Assembly (NCBI GenBank): GCA_027622665.1
Contig: JAQBYT010000003.1
Span: forward strand, 1-64,000
DNA from: Verrucomicrobiota bacterium
Lineage (GTDB): Bacteria > Verrucomicrobiota > Verrucomicrobiia > Opitutales > Seribacteraceae
Length of the DNA stretch: 64,000 nt
Direction: 5' to 3'
Under the pieces are notes generated by a model that searched no databases, was not told the DNA's origin, and saw only the letters and a list, made by a program, of their open reading frames with translations. Position numbers and translations under genes: made by a program. Shown one piece after another: positions 20,201 through 28,738 of the stretch (the stretch's first letter is position 1; every line of letters begins with the position of its first letter).

Positions 20201-23200
20201 TACATAAACCCGACGAGTCATCTTGCCTTTACCCAAACCCATATCCTTGGCTACAGGTTCGGAAGGGAAACGAGCCAATTCATACCAGAACCGACCGTCA
20301 TGACTACCACGAAGGCGCATGCGTACAGGAGCTTGGTTACCTCGTTCCAGACGCCCGTCGCGCAGGTGGGGATTGCCGTTTGATTCAACTTCGAAACGAC
20401 CGGTATCCGAGTTGAAAATCATGGCGGTGGCGTTTCCTTCAACCGGCGTGAGGGTAAAGCGGTCTTCAGCGCCCTCGTAACTCCATTTGCCTTTCTTGAC
20501 TGCATCGCCGACCTTAGTCTCGTAGGAACCATCATCATCTAAAGAGAGGGCGTGATCTTGCCCCTTGACGTCACGATAGGTCCAAGTGCTGGTCGGCACG
20601 GGTTGGTTGGGAGAGCGGATAGTTACGTCCGTGACATCGTAAACGTCCTTGAGGTCTACAATGAGCCACTTGGGAGTTGCGCCGTCGGGTTCGCTTATCC
20701 ATGCGGAGTCGACGTCCTTGTCAATCGACATGAGAGGGTTGCTCCCAATGGAAACATCGCTGGCGAGAGCGCCTGCAGGCAATTCGCCCGTCTTTGCTCG
20801 ACCGAGGAATATCCCCGAGCTAGGGGCCGTTTCCTGTAATTCGACGGTAACGGAATCGCCACTGGTAGCTTCGAGTTTAACGAGAGACTTGTCCGCTCCG
20901 TCGGTGAGATCACGATCGGCGTCTTTAACGCGCATATAGATAAAGTTACCAGGTTTTATTTGGTTGGTGGGACGCCCTTCCGATGACAATTCCAATTCGT
21001 CGTCGTCCTTCTTGTCATCAGCCACAAGTTCATCGGTGAAAGATTCCTCCGCGTCTCCATCCTCAATGACGAGACTACTGGCGGCATCGAAATCAGCATC
21101 GGCGGCAATGTGGATTTCATTCGTGCCGAGCATGTGAAAGCGGAACTCCTTTTTGAATTCCTCCGGATAATCGACGGTCACAACATCATTGCCCTTGAGC
21201 TGGAGGACACGATCCCCCTTGGATGCAATGCCAAGGGCGGTGGGAATCTCCGCCATAAAAAGACCTTTGCCGGCGCCTCCGCTTACAAGACCGACCTTCT
21301 CCACATCTCCACCCGGTTCGGTACGTATGTGAACGGGGATGGTGGTATGACCGCGACTGATACCGAGATCACTGTCCTGAACCACGATGGAAAGCGCTAC
21401 GCCGGGTTCGTGCCAACGCTTGGAGCTTTGCCCGAGGCGACCAACCGCCCGAAGAAGCTGCAATTGATCCATATAGCGTTGCTCCAGACCGTACACTTCG
21501 GCAAGGTTGTAGAGCGTTTCATTTGCAAGCTTAACGTCAGGCACGCGTTCCAAAACTGATCGAAAAATATTTCGAGCCTTGTCTCGATCTCCTTGACGAC
21601 TAGCTAAAAGTCCTCGCATGAATTCAGCCCGAATGACAACTTTCCTATCACGGCTATTGGCCAGGTCATCGAAGATTTCCTCGGCCTTGACATAGTTTTT
21701 CTGAGCCATAAAAGTTTCGCCTATTCCGAAAACTGCCTCCATCGCATCCTCTCCATCGGGATAGGAGTTCTTTACCGTCGTAAACTCGCTGCGAGCAGCG
21801 TCGTAACGAAGCCATTTGAAATAATTCCGGGCAAGCAGGAGTCGCACACTTGCCTTTTCCGGGTCGGAGAAATTGACGGATTCTCCATTTTTGACGAGCC
21901 AGACCGCAAGCAAGTCCTCCACTCGACCATGATTTTCGTCACCGCCGGCAGCCACGTGAGACTCGGCAGCAAAAAGGATGAGCTCAAGGGGAAGCTCCGA
22001 ACGATGTTTGTCGAAGAGTTGACGCTGGGAAAGATAAGCCTCGAGAGCTCGTTCGCGATCCCCTAGCCGAAGCTGGAGAAGAATTTCCATCAAGGGAGCA
22101 AGCGGACTGTCTTTGTCGATGGTCATACCGATTCCGCCAATACGGGAATAAGCCTGAGCGAGCAGCCCTCTTCCATTCTCCTTGTAACTTGCGGGTACGT
22201 TTCCGGCATAGGATTGAGCGGCAGTAAGTAGGGTGGCGCCGCCAACGTGGTCGCCCGCCGTCAGAGCGGCTTGAGCAAAACCCAAAGCAGTGTTCCAACC
22301 GTGGAAACTAGTGTCCGCACGGAGAAGGGTTGATCGCAAAGCCTTGAGTCGCTCAATTTCCGTCTTCGGCTTTTGCGAGTCCATTTGCAACAAGGCGAGC
22401 TTAGCAAATATAGAATAGTTGTAGATATCCAGGTCTCGGAGAGATTGTAGAACGCGAATCTTGTCGGCTTCGGAAATCTCCTTATCCAACCTCACGGAGG
22501 AAATCCAAGAATTGGTCTTTCCGGCATCGAAGGTAAATCCCCGGAATGGCCGTTGGTTCTGCCGACTGCGGGCTTCGTTCAGAACGCGCGTGAAATTATT
22601 CCAGTCTTTTTTTGCGAAAAGGATTTCGGCGTAGTCGGAGGCAAAAGCCCCATGCTGGTCGTTATCCGCCTTGCGCCACTTGTCGAACTCACGAGCTTTG
22701 GCATTCTCGTCGGCATCTCGCAGACGGAGGTGGACGGCATTGCGAAACTCGGCATTGTCCGAGTCCACACCCGCGTAACGGTTCACATACTCGTTGGCCT
22801 CATTGGTCATGTTGCGGTCAAGCAGTAGGCTCACGTTGCTGCTGAGATAACCGAGATTTTTACCGAATTGTCCCTCGGCCTTGGCCACGTATTGGTGGAC
22901 TTGACGAAGAAGGTTGTCGTCCTTCGCCTCATGAGCGGCACGATAAGCTTCGTGCCAACGGTTGGATTCGTTTACAAGATCAGCTTGCAGGAAATGGCGA
23001 AGTGCCTCGAGCCGGTCACCCACGTTGCCGTAATTAGAAGCTTCCAGCCAAGCGGAGGCTCGGGAAGCATCCTTTGCGAAACGCCTGGCCAATTCCTTGT
23101 AGTGCGGAATGGCAAGAGGTCTATCCTTGTCACCAACGTAATGACGGTAGTCAAAGCCAAGTTCGCCATGAAAACGCACGAATTTCTGTTCGGTGTTAAG

Positions 23201-24769
23201 CTTCTTTGACAGAGATAAAAAAGCGTTCGGCTTGTTGGCAGCTATAGCCTTTTCGAATGCCGTCCATTCGGCCACGTCTCGGTTATTCCCGAGGTTCTTG
23301 AGTCGTTGCTTAAACCACTTCCGATTACCCTTTTCCAAATCAGTGCTTCCCGTCCCCTTGGCCCAGCCCTGCAACCAGGAACGAAAGTGAGAGAGGTGAC
23401 CATTCGCCTCGGCATACTTTATCAGTTCCTCGGCGTCGCGACGAAAAGCTCCTTCATCGGGAGCGCCGGAAAGGAACCAATTCATAGCGGAACTCACCTT
23501 TCCATCGTTAGGAGATTCTTCACGAAGCATTTGACGAACTTCGTTGCGGGCTCGGTTCGCGTCCTTCATGCGATCTCGGTAGACTTCGAAGGCCAAGGCA
23601 TAACGGATGAAGTGACGTTGCCCGGGTTCGACCTTGCCGAAAGACTCCCGCAAGATGCGTTCCGCCTCGGGCAGACGGTTTTCGCCTAGTTCGTACATCC
23701 ACCGAACGTAGTAGCTCGCGATGTCACGGGCACCGGGTTCATGAACGATGGCCTGTGCAGCAGTTGAAACAGCGGGAGAAAGTTGTTTGTCGCGAGCGTA
23801 GGCGTGGGCAAGATTTGAAAGCACTTGTCCGAGGTAGGAGCGGTTTTTTGGATAACGACGCTTGTAGTCCTCCACCAAAGGCTTGAGTTCACCGGCTTTG
23901 GAACTGCTTTCGTATAGGACTGATATCAACTGACGAAGATAACCCTCGTTGTCGCGTTGTTGTTCCCAAGCCTTGCGGTAATGCGCCACCGCATTAACCC
24001 GCTGTCCGGCACCCCAAAGGTGTCCGGCAATTGTGTAGTGTAGGTAACCTCGCCGATTGGGGTCTGGAATCAAGTTCCGTTGGATAAGCTTCTCTCCTAT
24101 AGCGATAGCACCCTTCCGGTCCCAATTACCGTTACTGCAACGGTAGAAGGCATACATCCCCAATTCTATTGCAGGAGTACCGTTAAGATGATTCAGCATT
24201 TCTAGAGCTAGACGTCCACATTCCTTGGCTCCCCCGACACTGGACTCACCGAAAAGACGCACGGCCCGGAACCCGCTTTCAAGGTCTTTTTCACCCGAGA
24301 ATCGCCAAGCTTGCTCAAAGCCCTTTGCCGCTTCCATTTTCTTATTTTGACGCTCTAAAACCTCTCCAAGGTCACGAGCCACTTGCTTGGCTGATCCATC
24401 CTGTTTATAGAACTCGATAAATTGACGAGCGGTTGAAACGATATCCTCATTTCGCGAGAGGATCAGATGACCATCCAGCAACTTCAGCATAATCTCCTTG
24501 TGACGAGGATGATCACGATGGGTTTTTACGAAAATCTTCCCGGCTCGAATCAAGCCAAACCCTCGAGCATTTTCGTGGTAGAGGTCGATCAGTTCGAGAA
24601 GGACATTGGCTCCTTCCACGGTAGACGCATCTAACTTGCGGACTTGAGCTTCGAGATCGGCGGCACGTGTCGAAGCTTTGTCGAGACCTTCGTCTTGGGC
24701 GAAGATCGGACCGACAATAGCGGAGGCAAGAGCCATGAGACCGGATGAGCGTAAGATGTTTAGATTCAT
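17243..24769 (-). CDS. Giant (2508 aa) exported protein: TPR arrays, Ig-like repeats, discoidin (F5/8C)-like and PA14-like domains
   Basis: Signal peptide ending IFA-QDE; about 1100 aa of helical/TPR sequence; a central beta-rich region with repeated VxDxD and ETxxxSGxF motifs; C-terminal TPRs of the xxxFPxxxxAxxA type. Confidence 0.85.
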   Translation of the reverse strand: MNLNILRSSGLMALASAIVGPIFAQDEGLDKASTRAADLEAQVRKLDASTVEGANVLLELIDLYHENARGFGLIRAGKIFVKTHRDHPRHKEIMLKLLDGHLILSRNEDIVSTARQFIEFYKQDGSAKQVARDLGEVLERQNKKMEAAKGFEQAWRFSGEKDLESGFRAVRLFGESSVGGAKECGRLALEMLNHLNGTPAIELGMYAFYRCSNGNWDRKGAIAIGEKLIQRNLIPDPNRRGYLHYTIAGHLWGAGQRVNAVAHYRKAWEQQRDNEGYLRQLISVLYESSSKAGELKPLVEDYKRRYPKNRSYLGQVLSNLAHAYARDKQLSPAVSTAAQAIVHEPGARDIASYYVRWMYELGENRLPEAERILRESFGKVEPGQRHFIRYALAFEVYRDRMKDANRARNEVRQMLREESPNDGKVSSAMNWFLSGAPDEGAFRRDAEELIKYAEANGHLSHFRSWLQGWAKGTGSTDLEKGNRKWFKQRLKNLGNNRDVAEWTAFEKAIAANKPNAFLSLSKKLNTEQKFVRFHGELGFDYRHYVGDKDRPLAIPHYKELARRFAKDASRASAWLEASNYGNVGDRLEALRHFLQADLVNESNRWHEAYRAAHEAKDDNLLRQVHQYVAKAEGQFGKNLGYLSSNVSLLLDRNMTNEANEYVNRYAGVDSDNAEFRNAVHLRLRDADENAKAREFDKWRKADNDQHGAFASDYAEILFAKKDWNNFTRVLNEARSRQNQRPFRGFTFDAGKTNSWISSVRLDKEISEADKIRVLQSLRDLDIYNYSIFAKLALLQMDSQKPKTEIERLKALRSTLLRADTSFHGWNTALGFAQAALTAGDHVGGATLLTAAQSYAGNVPASYKENGRGLLAQAYSRIGGIGMTIDKDSPLAPLMEILLQLRLGDRERALEAYLSQRQLFDKHRSELPLELILFAAESHVAAGGDENHGRVEDLLAVWLVKNGESVNFSDPEKASVRLLLARNYFKWLRYDAARSEFTTVKNSYPDGEDAMEAVFGIGETFMAQKNYVKAEEIFDDLANSRDRKVVIRAEFMRGLLASRQGDRDKARNIFRSVLERVPDVKLANETLYNLAEVYGLEQRYMDQLQLLRAVGRLGQSSKRWHEPGVALSIVVQDSDLGISRGHTTIPVHIRTEPGGDVEKVGLVSGGAGKGLFMAEIPTALGIASKGDRVLQLKGNDVVTVDYPEEFKKEFRFHMLGTNEIHIAADADFDAASSLVIEDGDAEESFTDELVADDKKDDDELELSSEGRPTNQIKPGNFIYMRVKDADRDLTDGADKSLVKLEATSGDSVTVELQETAPSSGIFLGRAKTGELPAGALASDVSIGSNPLMSIDKDVDSAWISEPDGATPKWLIVDLKDVYDVTDVTIRSPNQPVPTSTWTYRDVKGQDHALSLDDDGSYETKVGDAVKKGKWSYEGAEDRFTLTPVEGNATAMIFNSDTGRFEVESNGNPHLRDGRLERGNQAPVRMRLRGSHDGRFWYELARFPSEPVAKDMGLGKGKMTRRVYVSPGNVNLHSWDAFATRLDGREPEETMEVSELDWMLSTEVAEEGGKEAKKARVVVWSGLYAQLKAGATRFNVLADNAAIMVNGKLVLPGDEKVIRKARSVDVFLEAGAHELTVVAYVHNPQLGTLVTRARENPNVEQVAIGAFRPADFDLSGIDLAEDSKKEEQKVKLAKKGSNWNFSIPPSHLRHVELIFDEYVGQSLAINQVEVKAGDKLLVPTEADVLAMAENDVLEITAGDVVTASYVDEFARGGLKNRLLTKTLTATYYNAKIRPISYEFVRSGNGQVNQTEKDLMRIDPGERIVIEVTDYDMDVTAEVDKLSIEVFRNSDAPMRLEAIETGENTGVFRTEVDTSVEEEEGKLAVSVGDRVNLRYVDPQNTFPGHSFAREGLVFVRQPTDGAVRIVETRYVRSTLGQPKATYLPRREESDEVVGFAYEMPLAVEVIDPDAAKDSLSTIRVKVLVGEGNSSREAILECELSTSFGKATTAPLGFTNWPLYEGRFVGQALLRLGGSGSPEVIPAGVDAPRNLSGGLVSPEEEVESDGPDLTMRVVNLSGADLVTVGYKDVERPDETNGTILSSKGKMVADGSLAITDSEYEDSAELLYVGEKLYLRVIDPDRDVSNERDLAEVKIETKLGEMETVTLEETLSHSGVFTGSFRLTAVEKPTIGNLDENVSLETFFGDLLSASYHDPVANTEEGSLVVTSESAVSIGADGIISSFSKVFADEELAVRTQFHVAESYFELFKSHRKLGREEEASRNLGHGRLALKQLVEDYPDPKYAPRMNYLLGQFAQELKEWGGAIEAYETIVRNFPEHPLAADAQYKLAQAYEEAERFDDALEAYVTLASTYPKSPLIANAMIRISEYFYKREVFDIAAQVGIKFIDRFESHQWSPKMAFRVGQCHYKREGYVDAATAFDDFVKRFPDEKLCSEALFWGGESYRMGKNVPLAFQRYNRCRWDFPESDAAKYSRGRLALPEMLSQFEKEANLDE

Positions 24770-24831
24770 TGAAAGAGAAGAGAGGAGAGGAGATTAAGGA
24801 GAGGAAGTTGAATCTGCAGATAGCGAGAGAA

Positions 24832-27276
24832 TCAATAGCCGGCCTTCGCCAAGGCATCGCTAATTCGTTTGGCCTCGATGGCAAGATTGCTGTCGGGGAA
24901 TTCTTCGATAATCTGATCGAACTGACGACGGGCATCCCCCTTGCGATTTACGCGGTAAAGGCAACGACCGTAGTTAAACAGAATGACGTCGAGAAAACCT
25001 GCATCGGGATGATCACCAAGAACGTTTTCAAATACGTCGATGGCCCTCTTGTAGTCCTTTTTGCGGTAGTAGTAATTAGCCATCTTGGCTACGGCGTCTC
25101 CCACTCTCCCGCTTTCGGGGTAATTCTCGAAGACGACTTGGTAGGCGCGAAAAGCTTGCTCGAAATAGCCTTCACCTTTGATTGGTCCGGCATCTACCGC
25201 CATTTGCTCGTAGCACTCGGCAATACCGAACTGACCTTCACCACGCAGTTCGCTTTCCTTAAGGGTGGTCAGCCCCTTGAACAGGGCAATGGCTGTTTTC
25301 AAGTCACCCCGTTTCTGAGCCACCTTGGCCTGCTGAAGAATAGCATCGTCGACAAAGGGACTTTCCGGGAACTCGTGCTGGAGGCGGCGACTCATGGCAG
25401 TTGCGGCGCCATAATTCTCCATGGCGAAGTATATCTTCCAGAGACCGACGTAGGATTCCTCCAAAATACGTCCACCCAGCTTACGAGCGGATTTTGCGGT
25501 GTCTTCGCCGATTGAAAGAGACTCTTGATACTTGGTCTTGGCCTTTTCGGCGAGACCGAATTCCTTGTAGTGGTTACCAATCTCGGCAAGAGCGGCAGCC
25601 GTCTTGAGCTCGGTGCTCAACCGGAGTTCCTCATCATCGATTCGAGTTTTGGTAACACGAACGCCGCCGACGTTCCCCTCGATGCACTTTGCGGAAGCAC
25701 TGACCTCTCTCGGATCCTTGGTGACGTTGAGTTTGTCACTGTATTTAATTCTTACGAAATCACCGGGCATGGCTTGCAACTTATCATCTTTTTTCGCCTC
25801 AGCTTGGTTTTCTATCGCAACAACTCCTCGAAAGACGCCGGAATGAATGGTATCGTCCACAAGCAATTCGGGAGAAATCGATACGGTTTCGGGTTCGTCT
25901 TCTTCTAAAGCAGGAACGCTTTCCTTTTTACCGGGTTTTTCTTCATCGGAAACAGCTGATTCGGGAGTATCGCCAACTGTGGGATTCTTGAGAGAAGTTT
26001 CCTTGGAATCGCTTCCTACCTCAGGTTCATCTGTCGCAAACGGAACAGTCTCAGGTTCGGCGAAAGCGACCTCTTCCAGCTTCACCACTACTGTATCAAC
26101 GGTCTTGAATTTGTCGATTTTGGGTCCATCCTCACTGTCGAGAGATAATAGTGAGAGAGGATCCTTGCCTTCCTCGGGGGCCGCGATTGCACCGCTGGCT
26201 ACTAGAGTTGCAATTTCCTCGTCCAGTTCTTCGGGAGACTTCCTGCGACGAACCTCGAGTACCGCGGATAGGGTATCGGCATTATCCGAAAGATCTCCAT
26301 CGGGATCGTCAACCTGAAGATTCACTATTTTCCCAAGAACAACTCCACGCAAAGTATCTCGATAGGAACCATCCATAATCGAGGCCTTCCCCTGCCCCAC
26401 CACTTGCACTTGCTTAAGTCGTTTTTTCCCGAACTCCCGGGAGGCAGTGTGCTTGTCGACGTAAGTAACGTCCACTACGTCTCCTCCGCCGACTTCAAGT
26501 ATGCCATTGCCTTTTGCCACCTTCCCGAGGCGAGTAGGCAGGGAACCGAGAACGATGCGAGAGTTACGGCCGACTGCACGACATTGAACCTTTTCCTCGT
26601 CACCACGTTTAGTCGAGCAAATGATTTCCACAACATCTTCTTGGGCCAGTATGGCGAGATCCGCATCCTCGATTTTCACGAATAGTCGTTTCCCAGCTTC
26701 CACCTTCTCCATCCCTTTTTCTTTCTCGGAGAAGGCAGTACCGACCTTCTCGAGAGACTCGATCGCTCGGCTGTAATGACCCTGCTTGAAATGACCGAGA
26801 CCAATATAGTAATAGGCTCGATTCACTTCCTCCGAAGCAGGGAACTCTTCGATGACCTTACGTAAAATCTTAAAACACTTTCCGTAAATTCTGGCCTCAT
26901 AGAAGCAGACACCCTGTTTCAAGGTTCCTTTTGCTCGCATCGAATCATCCGTATTGCTCTCTTCGGAGACCGCCTCGAAATGCTTGCGAGCCTCGTCGTA
27001 GGCACCTTTGGCGGTCAGGAGATGTTCACCGATCCGCATGTGTGCGTCATATCGAACTTTACTGCGGGGGAATTGATCCAGAACCGTTTGCCAAATCTCA
27101 AGAGCCTTTTGCTTTTCGTCTGCTTCCATACGGGCATCTCCGGCCTCGAGCAATTTACGAGCCTTGCGGTCTTCGGTAATCGAACCCCGCATGGGAGCGG
27201 CTTGCCCCATGGTAAAAGTCGGTACCGCGAGAACGGTCATTAGTAAGGATAGAATGGGTAGGCGCAAGAGGCTCAT
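24832..27276 (-). CDS. Exported TPR - Ig-like repeat - TPR protein
   Basis: Signal peptide MSLLRLPILSLLMTVLAVP; N- and C-terminal TPRs (DQFPRS, EEFPAS, ENYPES, EEFPDS); central KIEDAD / VDDPDGD / HSGVFRG module and an acidic linker. Confidence 0.85.
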   Translation of the reverse strand: MSLLRLPILSLLMTVLAVPTFTMGQAAPMRGSITEDRKARKLLEAGDARMEADEKQKALEIWQTVLDQFPRSKVRYDAHMRIGEHLLTAKGAYDEARKHFEAVSEESNTDDSMRAKGTLKQGVCFYEARIYGKCFKILRKVIEEFPASEEVNRAYYYIGLGHFKQGHYSRAIESLEKVGTAFSEKEKGMEKVEAGKRLFVKIEDADLAILAQEDVVEIICSTKRGDEEKVQCRAVGRNSRIVLGSLPTRLGKVAKGNGILEVGGGDVVDVTYVDKHTASREFGKKRLKQVQVVGQGKASIMDGSYRDTLRGVVLGKIVNLQVDDPDGDLSDNADTLSAVLEVRRRKSPEELDEEIATLVASGAIAAPEEGKDPLSLLSLDSEDGPKIDKFKTVDTVVVKLEEVAFAEPETVPFATDEPEVGSDSKETSLKNPTVGDTPESAVSDEEKPGKKESVPALEEDEPETVSISPELLVDDTIHSGVFRGVVAIENQAEAKKDDKLQAMPGDFVRIKYSDKLNVTKDPREVSASAKCIEGNVGGVRVTKTRIDDEELRLSTELKTAAALAEIGNHYKEFGLAEKAKTKYQESLSIGEDTAKSARKLGGRILEESYVGLWKIYFAMENYGAATAMSRRLQHEFPESPFVDDAILQQAKVAQKRGDLKTAIALFKGLTTLKESELRGEGQFGIAECYEQMAVDAGPIKGEGYFEQAFRAYQVVFENYPESGRVGDAVAKMANYYYRKKDYKRAIDVFENVLGDHPDAGFLDVILFNYGRCLYRVNRKGDARRQFDQIIEEFPDSNLAIEAKRISDALAKAGY

Positions 27277-27429
27277 GACTGTTAAGTGAAGGGCTGTAAG
27301 TGAAATGAACGGTTCGATTCTAAAAAAATGCGACTGATTGGGAGGAATACAGTTAATTAGCATACAAATACGCTAATGGAAGCAATACACGAAAGGAATT
27401 GCCAACAATTGCAAAGAGAAAAAGACCTT

Positions 27430-28692
27430 TTAAGCAAAAAGTTCTTTAACGGGTTCGCCGCCTTCGCGAATAAGACGCATAGGACGCTCGAGTGGCGTCA
27501 TAATCTCCTTCGAACCATCAATCCCCAAGGAATGGCAAACGCTGGCGTGTATGTCGTGTGGTTTGACCGGACGTTCATCAGGCATAACACCATCCTTGTC
27601 CGATGAACCGATCACTTGACCACCTTTCACGCCACCTCCGGCAATAAAGCAACTGAACACCTTGGCATGGTGGTCGCGTCCGGCGTTGTCGTTGATTCGA
27701 GGCGTTCTACCGAACTCACTTAGCATCAGAACGAGCGTTTTTTCGAGAAGTCCGGTGGCGGCAAGATCCTCAATAAGCGAAGCCAAGGCCGGATCCATGA
27801 TTTCTCCGTGAGCACGCATAGCATCAAAATTATTGCTGTGCGTATCGAAGCCTCCTCTGTTCACCTGAATAAACCTAACTCCTGTCTCAACTAAACGCTT
27901 GGCCATGAGAGCTCCACGACCGAAATCCGTATCCCCATATCGAGCGATTGTCTTGGGATCTTCGTGCTTGATCTCGAAAGCCTTGAGGGCGGGACTGTGC
28001 ATAAGCGCGACTGCGTCGTCAACGGCAGCCTCATTGGCTCTCATGTCGTTGGCTCCGTATTTGTTCGAAGTACGCTTGTTCATCTTGGCAAGAACATCAA
28101 GCCGTTTGTTCCCTCGGATTTCGCTAATGCCGGCGGGAAACTTCAGATAGGGGTCGGGTTCCCCGGGTTGACCGACAAAATAGGCGGCACACTTCTGTCC
28201 GAGATAACCAGAACGAGGGGCCTGTCCGCTGACGGACACAAAGGCAGGAAGGTCGCCCAAACGCTCTTTCTCATGAACCACGATACTGCCCAGGCCCGGA
28301 TGCACCAGATTGGCACTCTGCCCGTAACCCGTCTGCAGTTCATAAGTGGCTCGACCGTGATCCCCATTAGTCCCGGCTATCGAACGAACTAGCGCGCAAT
28401 GATGCATTTGATTCGCCAATTGTGGAAAAATCTCGCTTATCTGAACGCCATCGGCAGAGGTCTTAATAGCCTCGAACTCGCCCTGAGTGGGCCGACCCGG
28501 CTTAGGATCCCAAGTGTCAATGTGGCTCATTCCCCCACCGTTCCAAAAAAGGATAACATGCTCAGCCTTGGCAGGCATGGCTGTACCTTTGGCCGCAAGC
28601 AGATGACCGATCGGCATTCCCAACAATGTGGCGGCTCCGGCCGCTCCCTGAATAAATCGACGTCGTGTAACAGCGTAATCGTGACAGTGCAT
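27430..28692 (-). CDS. DUF1501 domain protein (Tat-exported)
   Basis: TRRRFI; GGMSHIDTWDPKP; AKRLVETGVRFIQV; GFDTH; SEFGRTPRIN; GRDHH. Confidence 0.93.
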   Translation of the reverse strand: MHCHDYAVTRRRFIQGAAGAATLLGMPIGHLLAAKGTAMPAKAEHVILFWNGGGMSHIDTWDPKPGRPTQGEFEAIKTSADGVQISEIFPQLANQMHHCALVRSIAGTNGDHGRATYELQTGYGQSANLVHPGLGSIVVHEKERLGDLPAFVSVSGQAPRSGYLGQKCAAYFVGQPGEPDPYLKFPAGISEIRGNKRLDVLAKMNKRTSNKYGANDMRANEAAVDDAVALMHSPALKAFEIKHEDPKTIARYGDTDFGRGALMAKRLVETGVRFIQVNRGGFDTHSNNFDAMRAHGEIMDPALASLIEDLAATGLLEKTLVLMLSEFGRTPRINDNAGRDHHAKVFSCFIAGGGVKGGQVIGSSDKDGVMPDERPVKPHDIHASVCHSLGIDGSKEIMTPLERPMRLIREGGEPVKELFA

Positions 28693-28738
28693 AGTAGTTT
28701 ACTTGGTTCTATGAGTTTTCGTGAATAGGGGAAAATAA

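Noticed and set aside
27388..27406. Sigma54-like TTGGCAATTCCTTTCG between DUF1501 and the TPR gene
   Set aside because: Good -24 box, but the -12 GC is missing.
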